DNA of 64,000 nt from the NCBI GenBank assembly GCA_963667035.1, contig OY762964.1:608001-672000 (forward strand), read 5' to 3'. Below, piece by piece: positions 50,819 through 60,007 of this stretch. The notes below the pieces were generated by a model. That model was given only the letters and a program-made list of their open reading frames with translations, did not search any database and had not been told where the DNA came from. This DNA is from Candidatus Cloacimonadales bacterium. GTDB lineage: Bacteria > Cloacimonadota > Cloacimonadia > Cloacimonadales > JAFGVF01. Both the position numbers and the translations under genes were made by a program. How positions within the stretch are numbered: position 1 is the first letter of the stretch; each line of letters begins with the position of its first letter.

Positions 50819-50925
50819 TTATCCTCCGAAAATATATCAATATAATCTGTTATTACAATCTATGTTAAGGATTAAGAAAAATGGATAATGTCAACTAAAA
50901 TCGTTATTTCAAAGGGAATAAAATA

Positions 50926-50954
50926 CCCCTGCTTAAATATTCTTCAAGCAGGGG
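50926..50954 (-). terminator. Terminator hairpin after the aminotransferase gene
   Basis: CCCCTGCTT...AAGCAGGGG stem, followed on the minus strand by TATTTT. Confidence 0.68.
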
Positions 50955-50975
50955 ATAAAAGAATTGTATAATCTA

Positions 50976-52175
50976 CTATAAGCCTTTTTCAGCTTTGAAC
51001 TTTTCGAGTCCGGTACGGAAAATATACATGGCTTTTGTAAGGTCGTTTTCATTAAGGATATAGGCAAAGCGTACTTCACTTACTCCTGAACCTTTAGTTG
51101 CGTAGAAACCGGCAGCAGGGGCTACCATAACGGTTTCATTGTTTACTTGATAGTTACTGAGTAACCAGATAACGAACTCTTCGGCATTAGGAATAGGAAG
51201 CTTAGCTACAATGTAAAAAGCTCCTTCTGGTTTTCTGCAAACTATTCCGTCTATCTTCTCAAGTTCGGCAAACACAAGGTCACGACGGTTTTTATATTCA
51301 GTGATTGTTTTATCAAAGTAAGATTGAGGTAAGTCTACACATGCTGAAGCAGCCATTTGATCTATTGTAGGAGGACAGAGACGAGCTTGAGCAAGTTTAA
51401 GCATTGCTGTCATCAGTTCATTGTTTCTGGAAACAATACAACCGATTCTTGCTCCACATGCACTATAGCGTTTAGAAACACTGTCTACCATTATTGCTTT
51501 GTCTTCTATACCGTTAATTTTTAGTATACTGGTAGCTTCCATATTATCGTAAGTAAATTCACGATACACTTCATCAGAGATTACATAAAGACCGTTTTCT
51601 TTAGCAATTTCAGCTACCATTTCCACTTCTTCACGACTGTAAACTTTTCCTGTCGGGTTTCCGGGGTTGCAAATCATGATTGCTTTGGTCTTGTCACTAA
51701 TCTTTGCAACAATCTCTTCTTTTGAAGGTAAAGCAAAACCGCCTTCAACTTTGGTTGTAATAGGTTTAATCTTTACTCCGGCCATATCTGCAAAGCCGTT
51801 ATAATTAGTGTAAAAAGGTTCAGGAATCAGTATTTCGTCACCAACATTACAAACTGCGGTTAATGCAAAAACAATAGCTTCCGAACCGGCTGTTGTAACA
51901 ATTATATCATTTACATAAAGATCAATGTCATGACCCTTGTAATACTTAACAAGATTCTCTCTATAACTTTCCAAACCCTGAGATGGTCCGTAAGCTAAGA
52001 CTTTGGAATCAAAATTGTGATAAACATCCAACATCTCTTTTGGTGTTTCAATATCGGGTTGACCGATGTTAAGATGATAAACATGGAGTCCTTGCTCCTT
52101 GGCTGCATTTGCATAAGGCATCAATTTCCTGATAGGAGATGCTTGCATATCCTGAACGCGTTGAGAAATCTTCAT
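50976..52175 (-). CDS. Class I/II PLP aminotransferase (aspartate aminotransferase-like)
   Basis: LNIGQPD, NPGNPTG, SDEVY, SVSKRYSACGARIG. Confidence 0.9.
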   Translation of the reverse strand: MKISQRVQDMQASPIRKLMPYANAAKEQGLHVYHLNIGQPDIETPKEMLDVYHNFDSKVLAYGPSQGLESYRENLVKYYKGHDIDLYVNDIIVTTAGSEAIVFALTAVCNVGDEILIPEPFYTNYNGFADMAGVKIKPITTKVEGGFALPSKEEIVAKISDKTKAIMICNPGNPTGKVYSREEVEMVAEIAKENGLYVISDEVYREFTYDNMEATSILKINGIEDKAIMVDSVSKRYSACGARIGCIVSRNNELMTAMLKLAQARLCPPTIDQMAASACVDLPQSYFDKTITEYKNRRDLVFAELEKIDGIVCRKPEGAFYIVAKLPIPNAEEFVIWLLSNYQVNNETVMVAPAAGFYATKGSGVSEVRFAYILNENDLTKAMYIFRTGLEKFKAEKGL

Positions 52176-52244
52176 TTCACTACACTCCTGATGATAATAA
52201 TTTTTACTACTATTTTAGGGAGTTAGTTTTGAGCAAGTAAATTT

Positions 52245-53342
52245 TTAGAACTCCTCTTTACCACCGATTTTTATCTCATAGCCTTCATCACCCCAGGCAA
52301 CATCACATTGGAAATTGAATTTATTCTTTTCAATAATTGTATAACGTAAACCTGTCCCGACAGAATATTTTAGATCATCTGAGGCAATGTCTTCAATTGA
52401 GGGAGCAACAAGACCGGTCTCTGCAAAGATTACATAACCGAATGGATAAAGGATTGTTTCTTTGGGGAATAGAAACCGACTTTCAGTTCTAAAGGAGATT
52501 CTATTTTTATCAATGAAACGATTTGAACTATAAGCTCTTAACTGGTCTCCGAGTTTGCTCATCATGTAAAACGGTACATCTCCTTGATTGCTTTCAAACT
52601 CAAATTGGTTAGCAACTACAGTATTATTGGCAATTGTGGAGTAAGTTCTTAAGTCAATGCTATATCTCTCAAAATCATAATCACCATAAGTTTCCCTGAG
52701 ATATTTGTATGCAGAGAGCTTAAATCTGATACCGGAGTATGGGTAATAAGGACCATCTGTTGAATCTAGTTCAAGCAAGCCTCCCAGCCCGGCTACCTCG
52801 GAGGTTTCAGAACCGGGTATTGTATGAAGAATAAGATTTCCTTCCTCATCATTTTTCGGATAATCATAGTGTTGCCAGTTTGCCCCGATACCAATTGCAA
52901 ATTGTTCACTGAAATATCTACTCAGAACCAGTCCGAAAATGTACTTGTTCGTAGTATACTCCTCTGAGATATCTTTGTCAGTATTATTTCCTATGCCATA
53001 ATAAGTATCAGGCCATTTACGAAACTTAGCTTCAGATTGTATTCTCCAATTACCGAACTTGTAGGCAGGTCTAAGTCTTAGCTCGAATTGCTCTTTCAAA
53101 GAATACTTTGCAGTTGTATCAAGAGTGAAGTAGTTACTACTTTTATCTACAACTCCCGGATTGAAGTAAACACCAAGAGCAAAGACAGCATTGGTTTCTG
53201 TAGAGTAACTGAAACCGGGCATAATTATATATTTCGGATTCAGTAAAGCTTTATAAATAGGGGACTGTCTTGTAAACTGCGAATACAAGGGAGTCATACT
53301 CAGTAACAAGATACCGAAGATAACAATAACAATTTTCTTCAT
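52245..53342 (-). CDS. Omp85/BamA-TamA family beta-barrel outer membrane protein (no POTRA domains)
   Basis: Signal peptide, alternating beta strands, LRAYSSNRF, GTGLRY, C-terminal Phe. Confidence 0.7.
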   Translation of the reverse strand: MKKIVIVIFGILLLSMTPLYSQFTRQSPIYKALLNPKYIIMPGFSYSTETNAVFALGVYFNPGVVDKSSNYFTLDTTAKYSLKEQFELRLRPAYKFGNWRIQSEAKFRKWPDTYYGIGNNTDKDISEEYTTNKYIFGLVLSRYFSEQFAIGIGANWQHYDYPKNDEEGNLILHTIPGSETSEVAGLGGLLELDSTDGPYYPYSGIRFKLSAYKYLRETYGDYDFERYSIDLRTYSTIANNTVVANQFEFESNQGDVPFYMMSKLGDQLRAYSSNRFIDKNRISFRTESRFLFPKETILYPFGYVIFAETGLVAPSIEDIASDDLKYSVGTGLRYTIIEKNKFNFQCDVAWGDEGYEIKIGGKEEF

Positions 53343-53344
53343 TA

Positions 53345-54880
53345 TTATTTCTTCAACATCTTCTTGTTATGCAATTTTCGGCAGATAGTCTCAACTTCTC
53401 TGAAGTTGACTTTACCGCTTCCCATCAGAGGTAGTTCGTCAACAACAAAGAAATCTTTAGGAATTGCTATTGCTGGAAGCACTTTCTTAAGCTGACTTTT
53501 GATTTTCTTAGGGTCTACTTGCTTGTCTGTTAATGCAGCAACAATATCTGCACCTTTAACAGGATTTGGAATCTCAACGACACAACAAATGGCATCATCC
53601 GGAAGTATTTCGTTCATAGCTGCTTCGACATTACCGAGAGAAACCATCTCTCCACCTATTTTAACGAACCTTTTAAGCCTTCCTTTATGCCAGAGATAAC
53701 CATCCTTATCTATCATTCCCATATCACCAGTGTCATACCAACCGTTTCTGATTCTAAGCTTTGTCTCTTCGTAATCTCCCATGTACCCTTTCATCACAAG
53801 GTTACCTTTAACCATAATCTTACCAATCTCTCCGGCACCCAGTTCTTCTTCGGTATCAACGTGCATAATCTTAACTATAGTATTTGGAATAGGTTTTCCT
53901 ATACTACCAGGCTTATTAAACTGAGGAGTATTGGTTGAGATGACAGGACTGGTCTCGGTTGTGCCGTAGCCTTCCAATAACTCTTTATCATGAATTCGTT
54001 TATATTCTTCCCTAACATGACTTGGAAGTTTATCTGCTCCAGCTAGCATAATCTTACATGAATCAAAGTCACCTTTGTTGGCTTTCTTTAGATAACCGTG
54101 GAAGAAAGTAGGAGTTCCGACAAGAAGAGTAATCTTCTTTTCCCTGCAATGGTCAACTATTTGTTTGTAGTCAAGAGGATTTGCAAAAGCAATAATTGAA
54201 GAGCCAAGATACATAGGAAGGAAACAGGTGACCGTTAATCCGAAAACGTGGAAGTAGGGGAGATTCCCTGCGAAGATGTCTGCACTATCCAAGTCGAATA
54301 TGTTTGGGATAACTTCAACATTGTGCGATATATTTCTGTGTGTGAGTTGTACAGCCTTAGGGTCCTTCTCGCTACCACTGGTAAACAGAATTACGGCATT
54401 ATCATCCTCCGTTGCATTCGGAACGGCTTTCTTTATAAAAGACGCCGGCATTTGGGTAAGTAATGCGGCTTTTGCTTTATCAATAGTAGAGATCTCCTGA
54501 AGGATGTCTTCAATGTAAATCATACCATCCATCTCAGGTATACCAAGTTTATCGCAAAGCTTCTTACTCGTCATGAAATTTAGGAAACTGCATTTCAATT
54601 GGGCATATTCAGCATTCTTTTCTGCACCGGTTGAATAATTTATCATAACAGGAACTTTTCCGGCTATTAAAACGGCATAAATGGATATAACACATCCTGC
54701 GGATGTAGGAATCATAATACCTATATGGCTCTCCGGTAAATGCTTTAGTTTATCTGCAAGAATTAATGATGCAATTAACAGTCTGTTATAAGTAAATGAT
54801 TGTTTACTCATCACATCATAGACGGCAATTTTGCGTCCGTATTTCTTAGCAGTATTAATAAATTCGTGATGCAGAATCAT
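53345..54880 (-). CDS. AMP-binding acyl-ACP synthetase (Aas C-terminal-like)
   Basis: LFTSGSEKDPK, EGYGTTETSP, WYDTGD, GRLKRFVKIGGEMVSL, GSGK. Confidence 0.88.
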   Translation of the reverse strand: MILHHEFINTAKKYGRKIAVYDVMSKQSFTYNRLLIASLILADKLKHLPESHIGIMIPTSAGCVISIYAVLIAGKVPVMINYSTGAEKNAEYAQLKCSFLNFMTSKKLCDKLGIPEMDGMIYIEDILQEISTIDKAKAALLTQMPASFIKKAVPNATEDDNAVILFTSGSEKDPKAVQLTHRNISHNVEVIPNIFDLDSADIFAGNLPYFHVFGLTVTCFLPMYLGSSIIAFANPLDYKQIVDHCREKKITLLVGTPTFFHGYLKKANKGDFDSCKIMLAGADKLPSHVREEYKRIHDKELLEGYGTTETSPVISTNTPQFNKPGSIGKPIPNTIVKIMHVDTEEELGAGEIGKIMVKGNLVMKGYMGDYEETKLRIRNGWYDTGDMGMIDKDGYLWHKGRLKRFVKIGGEMVSLGNVEAAMNEILPDDAICCVVEIPNPVKGADIVAALTDKQVDPKKIKSQLKKVLPAIAIPKDFFVVDELPLMGSGKVNFREVETICRKLHNKKMLKK

Positions 54881-55176
54881 AATAATGTCCTTTATGAATG
54901 TAATTCAATTAACGGTAAAGTCAATATCTTTTACTAAATAGAGGATTTAATGTTTGTTGTCAAATAATAATTGGAAGCTGCCCTCCGATTAACATAATTA
55001 TGTATATCCAATAAATAATTATTGTCCATAAGGTGATTGATAGGTGTAAATTAGATTTTACACACTTATAAGAATACTCCCTATAATTCGACCCACTGTG
55101 GGGCCGATTCCTCTTTTATATAGTTTCCATGCACTTCGTACATGGTTACTCATATTTAATCCCCTTGGGATTAGCA

Positions 55177-55437
55177 AAATGAATCCTTGATTTAGTGGAT
55201 AGTAGGTAAACAACGAGATCTTTAGAAGTTTTTGCCGAAAGTGCAAGAATGTTTCAATCCTTGATTTAATGGATAGTTGGTAAACAACTGAATATCCGGA
55301 ACTAACTATGTTTCAGTTAATAGCGTTTCAATCCTTGATTTAATGGATAGTTGGTAAACAACCCTTGTTGTGGCAAGCTCGTCATTGCTCCCGAATTTGG
55401 TTTCAATCCTTGATTTAATGGATAGTTGGTAAACAAC
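55177..55437 (-). CRISPR. Orphan CRISPR array: 4 repeats (38 bp), 3 spacers (36, 36, 37 bp)
   Basis: Identical GTTTCAATCCTTGATTTAATGGATAGTTGGTAAACAAC at 55251, 55325 and 55400; degenerate terminal copy at 55177-55214; the minus-strand repeat ends ATTGAAAC. Confidence 0.93.
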
Positions 55438-55750
55438 TCATATTCTCACGTATATATTTAATTATCAGATAATTACAAAGAAATCTCAGAACTGAATATC
55501 TGATAAAATCATGTGTGCTGATGCATAAAATACATCGGAATTTGCTTCTCGGGAACACGTAAACACTCTATAATAAAGGTCAAGGAGCAGATTTCTATCA
55601 ATTAAGCAATAATTTTGCCTCAGGAAAGATAAAATCAATTTAATATTTATTTCCTAATCAGTAATTGTCAATCAAAATATATTGTTAAAACATGCTCTTC
55701 CGAATTGTTCTGTCTTCAAATAGCTACTCTAATCTGAATTAATGGGAGGT
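55438..55750 (-). promoter_or_regulatory. Putative CRISPR leader with an IHF-consensus site
   Basis: AT-rich, next to the perfect-repeat end; TATCAGATAATTA (55463-55475) matches WATCARNNNNTTR. Confidence 0.55.
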
Positions 55751-55859
55751 ATTCCTTTAACCGATTAACTGCATTTTATCAACTATATAATCCATAAAGA
55801 CACCGGTCTCTATTAATGATATTATATCATGTAGTTTACGTAGTCTTTTTTTTGGTAAA

Positions 55860-56345
55860 ACTTTGACCTCCCTAGGGTGGATACTTTTAAGGGTGACTCG
55901 CCAATTGAATGAACATATCATGAACCTTCTACGCCCCTTCTGCAATACTGTTAAAGACATAAGAATTTCTATGGTGAAAGTTATCCACACGATGTGGACA
56001 ACTTTGGCGTTCGCCAAGGAGGGTCCAAGGAGGCTCCTTGGTGGATCCAATCCGGTTCCAATGTCTTTAGAAGTCGCCCTAAAGGATGGTAGAAGGATGA
56101 TAATAGTGGGTGATAATAGGATAATAGCAAGATTTTTGAGGTATAAATGCACTACAATTGTACTGCAACTCCCCTGAGTTGCTGTGACGACGCAGTCGGC
56201 AACTTCCATAGACGGATGCAAAAGAGCACAATTCTGTCTTTAGATCTGTATTACACAGTTTGTATATACTAATATACTGACACGATCAAATTCCTAATCA
56301 GAGTTCTTTGAACTATGTGCAAGTGAGGGTACTTGCACTACATAT
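55860..56345. other. GC-richer, highly self-complementary non-coding segment (candidate structured RNA or origin-like site)
   Basis: Nested stems 55925-55932/56089-56096 and 55952-55960/56061-56069, several internal hairpins, DnaA boxes at 55981-55989 and 55993-56001. Confidence 0.45.
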
Positions 56346-56557
56346 CATGCATCGACGAAGAAGACTCATTCTAAATAGCAGAGATTAGTAATAAAGGAGA
56401 GCCTTAACGCTAACTTTTAATCACATTCTATTATACTATTATTGGTAAGAAATTATAATTATATTGACTTAAAATTATTATTACCTATATTTGACACATA
56501 CAATTCATTTGGGTCAAAGATACCTTAATGTATTAGTACCATATTAAGGAGGCTATT

Positions 56558-59500
56558 ATGTCTAGAGTAATGCTTGTAGTAGCACTACTTATCTCACTTA
56601 CTGTGCTTTTTGCATCTGAGACAGTTCTAAGCAACTTGTTAAATGCAAATGACTATCCTTTCGAAAATTCACAATATGGTATGCAAAGAAACATCGAGGA
56701 AAAGACAGGACATTCCTTAGAGATTGATGCGAATAGGGTCTTCGCAGATGGCACATCTCCTAACAGGAACAAGAATGTCAATCCCGTGTTATACGGTTCC
56801 ATCGCTTTAGGAAACTCAGTATACATGGGAACAACAAAAATCATCTCTTATAATCAGTATAATGAAAAAAACATCTATTACATTTCAAGTAATGGAGATT
56901 TCAATATACCTTATGACACTAATGAAGTTTTAAAAATAGAGTTTCAACATGATTCCTGTGATTTCGAAAATGTCAGGATGACTGTTAACACTTCCGGTAT
57001 TAGCTCTAATATAAGCTTAGGATCTATTCAGCTAAGAGAGAATGTTGATAGATTACTTAAAGTTCCAATTGATTATCAGGATATTCAAACAGCAATTGAT
57101 TGTATACAGAATGGAGGAACTGTAGCAGTATATCAAACAATGTATCCATATCAAGTGGATTGCCTATCGTGGAGAGATAAGCATATAAGATTAGTCACTA
57201 ATCAGGCAGCTCCAGCCACATTAACAAGTAGTACTCATGCTATAAGATTGGACTGGGAAGGCATAGATAACAGTGATACTATTGAAGGCTTTATCTTTGA
57301 TGATTGCACAAATTGTAACACGGAACCAGATAGTTATGGACTTGCTATAGCACTGGAGAATGGATCATCTCCTAAGGTCAAGAACTGTACATTCAGTGAT
57401 AACTATTTAGAATTCCTTTCAGGAGTTACACCAAACTTACAATTACTTCAAGGTGCAGGATGTGCTGTTACAATTGAAGGTGTTGTAAATCAGACGAATA
57501 CTCCATTGTTCACTAACTGTACCTTTATAGACAACTTCGCAGGTAATTCATATGGTGGAGCAGCTATAGGATTATTGGGACAAGCGTCGTTTGATAATTG
57601 TGTGTTTGAGAATAATCAATGTATGCAAAACAATGGTGCTGCTAGTACAGGTGGTGCTATATATATTAATAGTAGTAACTGTCCGGGAGTTATCAAATTC
57701 AAAGACTGTGTGTTTGAAGATAATTATGCAGATGGAGGTGTTAATGACATAGACCTGATAAAATGCCAGGATATTAGCACTTTTATTATTGATGATTGTA
57801 GTTTCACAAGAACCTCCTCAGCTATACCATCTGCAACCGGAGCTTCAAGTATTAAGTTGATAAAACATAATCCTGACGGTACTTTATTATACTATCACAA
57901 TATGTCCATCTCAATGAAACGAAACGTTTTCACTAATTACGATTGTGGAATAGTTGACTTTTATGATAATGCAGGGAATTCAAGTCTTGAATTCAAAAAC
58001 AATATTATTGATGGATGTGAAGATTATGGGTTCTACTTGGATTACTACGGTGGAGCAACAACGAATCCGGGATATTTCAAGTTTACCAACAATACATTCT
58101 TAAATATTGATGGAGATGGGCTTATCTTAGATTGCGGTGATACATACGAAGTGCAAAATAATATCTTCTCAAACATAACCGGCTACGGTATAAAATGGGG
58201 AATTGGTGGTAATTATGCTACAGAAGAGTTAGATATAAACTCATGTGTGTTCTTTGCTAATACCCTTGGTAATTGGGATTCGAATGGAGCTAATCATACT
58301 TTAACTCAAAATAACATAATTGAGTTAAATCCTCAATTGGATGCAAACTATGTACCAGTATGGAGTAGTTCGATTAAATCACCTTGTATCAATGCCGGAG
58401 TACCGGATTTGGATGGTGATGGTGTTCTCTGGTATGATGAAGAAATTTATGATGGGAACGGTAATCTGTTATCAGACCCTGATGATAGAGATATTGATTT
58501 ATCTCGTAAAGATATCGGAGCTAAACCACTCATAAACAATATTGAGAATAGTGTGTTAGAAATGCACGCAGGATGGAACTGGTTATCTTTGCCCGGTGTG
58601 GACGCATTGTCAACAGGAACTGTTCAGATTGATGGTATCTCATATAACTTAAATCAAGCAAGATATGTTTTCGGTGAACAAGTAAGTCCGGTAAATCTAT
58701 TTAACATTGTTTATGGCTATCTCGATAGGATTCTTTGGAATTTTACAGAAGAAGGAAGCATTCAATTTAACGTTAACTATTGGGTAGGTTTAACACATTC
58801 AGTAACTTCTCCGAAAGGATACAAAGTAAGACTTAGAGATTATGTTCCCGGAACAGTTAAATTAGAGTTTGATGGTTTCAAAGCGGGTTCTACTGGTAAC
58901 TCTGATACTATGATCCCTTTGTATGCTCCGAGGGAAGGACAAACTTCTACAACAACTCTAGCAGGTTACTATTACAGGGAAAGTCAAACGATTCATGAAG
59001 CTATCCCTGCAAATATACTACAGAATGTTTCTTGTATAAAAACTCAGGATTGGTTTGCTGCAAATCTGTCTTATCTTAACACACAGGGAATGTATGGTAA
59101 AACTACTTGGTTGCATTCATCAGGAGTAACCGGAGAGATAGAACTACGCTATGGTGATGCTGTTGAAATTGTTTATACAGGTACTGAAGATGTTTCTTTT
59201 GCCTGGGAACCTGCAAGTAGTGGTGGAAATTCCAATCCATATTATGTCCAGACTCCAACTTGCTTCACTTATGAGGAACAAAAAGGATATTTACCATTGA
59301 TAATTGAAATTGATATGGATGAATATGGGGAAGGTGATAAACCAATAGAAATAGCCATTTTTGTAAACCAAGAGTGTAAAGGTGCTTCTGTGATTAAAGA
59401 TGATATGGTTCTACTTAAAGCTTATGTTGTTGATGACCCTTCGTTGATTGGAGAGGAGTTAACTTTCCAATTAGCGTTTGATAACAAAAGTTCTAAGAGA

Positions 59501-59914
59501 AAAAGAATTAGTGAATATGCTGTAATGGATAAAGAGGAAGGAAGGTTTGTTACAAAATCTTTTAGAATTAATAATGAGTATGACTTTGCATATATCTCAT
59601 TAAAAGAGGACGACGTAGAATCCGGAGCAGTGCCAGCTTCAGTAAAACTATGGTCAAATTATCCTAATCCTTTTAATCCAACCACAACAATAGCTTATGA
59701 TACAGTAAAAGAAGGAAAAGTTGTTCTGGATGTTTACAACATAAAGGGACAAAGAGTAACAACCCTAGTAAATGAAACAAAACAACCAGGTCGACATACT
59801 GTTGTTTGGGATGGTAAAGATTCATCTAGAAAGCCGGTAGCATCAGGTGTATATTTTTATAAGTTAAAGACAAAAGATAAAGTCTTGACAAATAAAATGA
59901 TGCTATTGAAATAA
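56558..59914 (+). CDS. Large secreted parallel beta-helix protein with FlgD-Ig/T9SS-type C-terminal domain
   Basis: Signal peptide, VPIDYQDIQTAID, repeated CxFxxN/GGA strands, SPCINAG, DIGA, NYPNPFNP...KMMLLK. Confidence 0.82.
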   Translation: MSRVMLVVALLISLTVLFASETVLSNLLNANDYPFENSQYGMQRNIEEKTGHSLEIDANRVFADGTSPNRNKNVNPVLYGSIALGNSVYMGTTKIISYNQYNEKNIYYISSNGDFNIPYDTNEVLKIEFQHDSCDFENVRMTVNTSGISSNISLGSIQLRENVDRLLKVPIDYQDIQTAIDCIQNGGTVAVYQTMYPYQVDCLSWRDKHIRLVTNQAAPATLTSSTHAIRLDWEGIDNSDTIEGFIFDDCTNCNTEPDSYGLAIALENGSSPKVKNCTFSDNYLEFLSGVTPNLQLLQGAGCAVTIEGVVNQTNTPLFTNCTFIDNFAGNSYGGAAIGLLGQASFDNCVFENNQCMQNNGAASTGGAIYINSSNCPGVIKFKDCVFEDNYADGGVNDIDLIKCQDISTFIIDDCSFTRTSSAIPSATGASSIKLIKHNPDGTLLYYHNMSISMKRNVFTNYDCGIVDFYDNAGNSSLEFKNNIIDGCEDYGFYLDYYGGATTNPGYFKFTNNTFLNIDGDGLILDCGDTYEVQNNIFSNITGYGIKWGIGGNYATEELDINSCVFFANTLGNWDSNGANHTLTQNNIIELNPQLDANYVPVWSSSIKSPCINAGVPDLDGDGVLWYDEEIYDGNGNLLSDPDDRDIDLSRKDIGAKPLINNIENSVLEMHAGWNWLSLPGVDALSTGTVQIDGISYNLNQARYVFGEQVSPVNLFNIVYGYLDRILWNFTEEGSIQFNVNYWVGLTHSVTSPKGYKVRLRDYVPGTVKLEFDGFKAGSTGNSDTMIPLYAPREGQTSTTTLAGYYYRESQTIHEAIPANILQNVSCIKTQDWFAANLSYLNTQGMYGKTTWLHSSGVTGEIELRYGDAVEIVYTGTEDVSFAWEPASSGGNSNPYYVQTPTCFTYEEQKGYLPLIIEIDMDEYGEGDKPIEIAIFVNQECKGASVIKDDMVLLKAYVVDDPSLIGEELTFQLAFDNKSSKRKRISEYAVMDKEEGRFVTKSFRINNEYDFAYISLKEDDVESGAVPASVKLWSNYPNPFNPTTTIAYDTVKEGKVVLDVYNIKGQRVTTLVNETKQPGRHTVVWDGKDSSRKPVASGVYFYKLKTKDKVLTNKMMLLK

Positions 59915-59924
59915 TAAATGATTC

Positions 59925-59957
59925 AAGGGGTAGCCTCTACGAGTCTACCCCTTTTTT
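59925..59957 (+). terminator. Rho-independent terminator
   Basis: AAGGGGTAG...CTACCCCTT followed by a T tract. Confidence 0.75.
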
Positions 59958-60007
59958 GTTAAACTTTTTACTATTTATAAGCTGATTACTGATAATAAGT
60001 AGGTTTT

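Noticed and set aside
55775..55798. Possible anti-repeat/tracrRNA (TTTATCAACTA-tataa-TCCATAAA vs repeat TTTACCAACTATCCATTAAA)
   Set aside because: Needs a 5-nt insertion plus mismatches in AT-rich DNA, and no class 2 effector is present; could be chance.
56039..56066. TCCACCA on the minus strand suggesting a tmRNA/tRNA 3' end
   Set aside because: No GTTCRA T-loop at the right distance and no matching 5' acceptor strand.
55757..56221. 154-aa (-) and 104-aa (+) ORFs next to the CRISPR array as small Cas or accessory proteins
   Set aside because: No Cas motif, no clear RBS, atypical composition, and they overlap each other antisense; better explained by the GC-richer structured segment.
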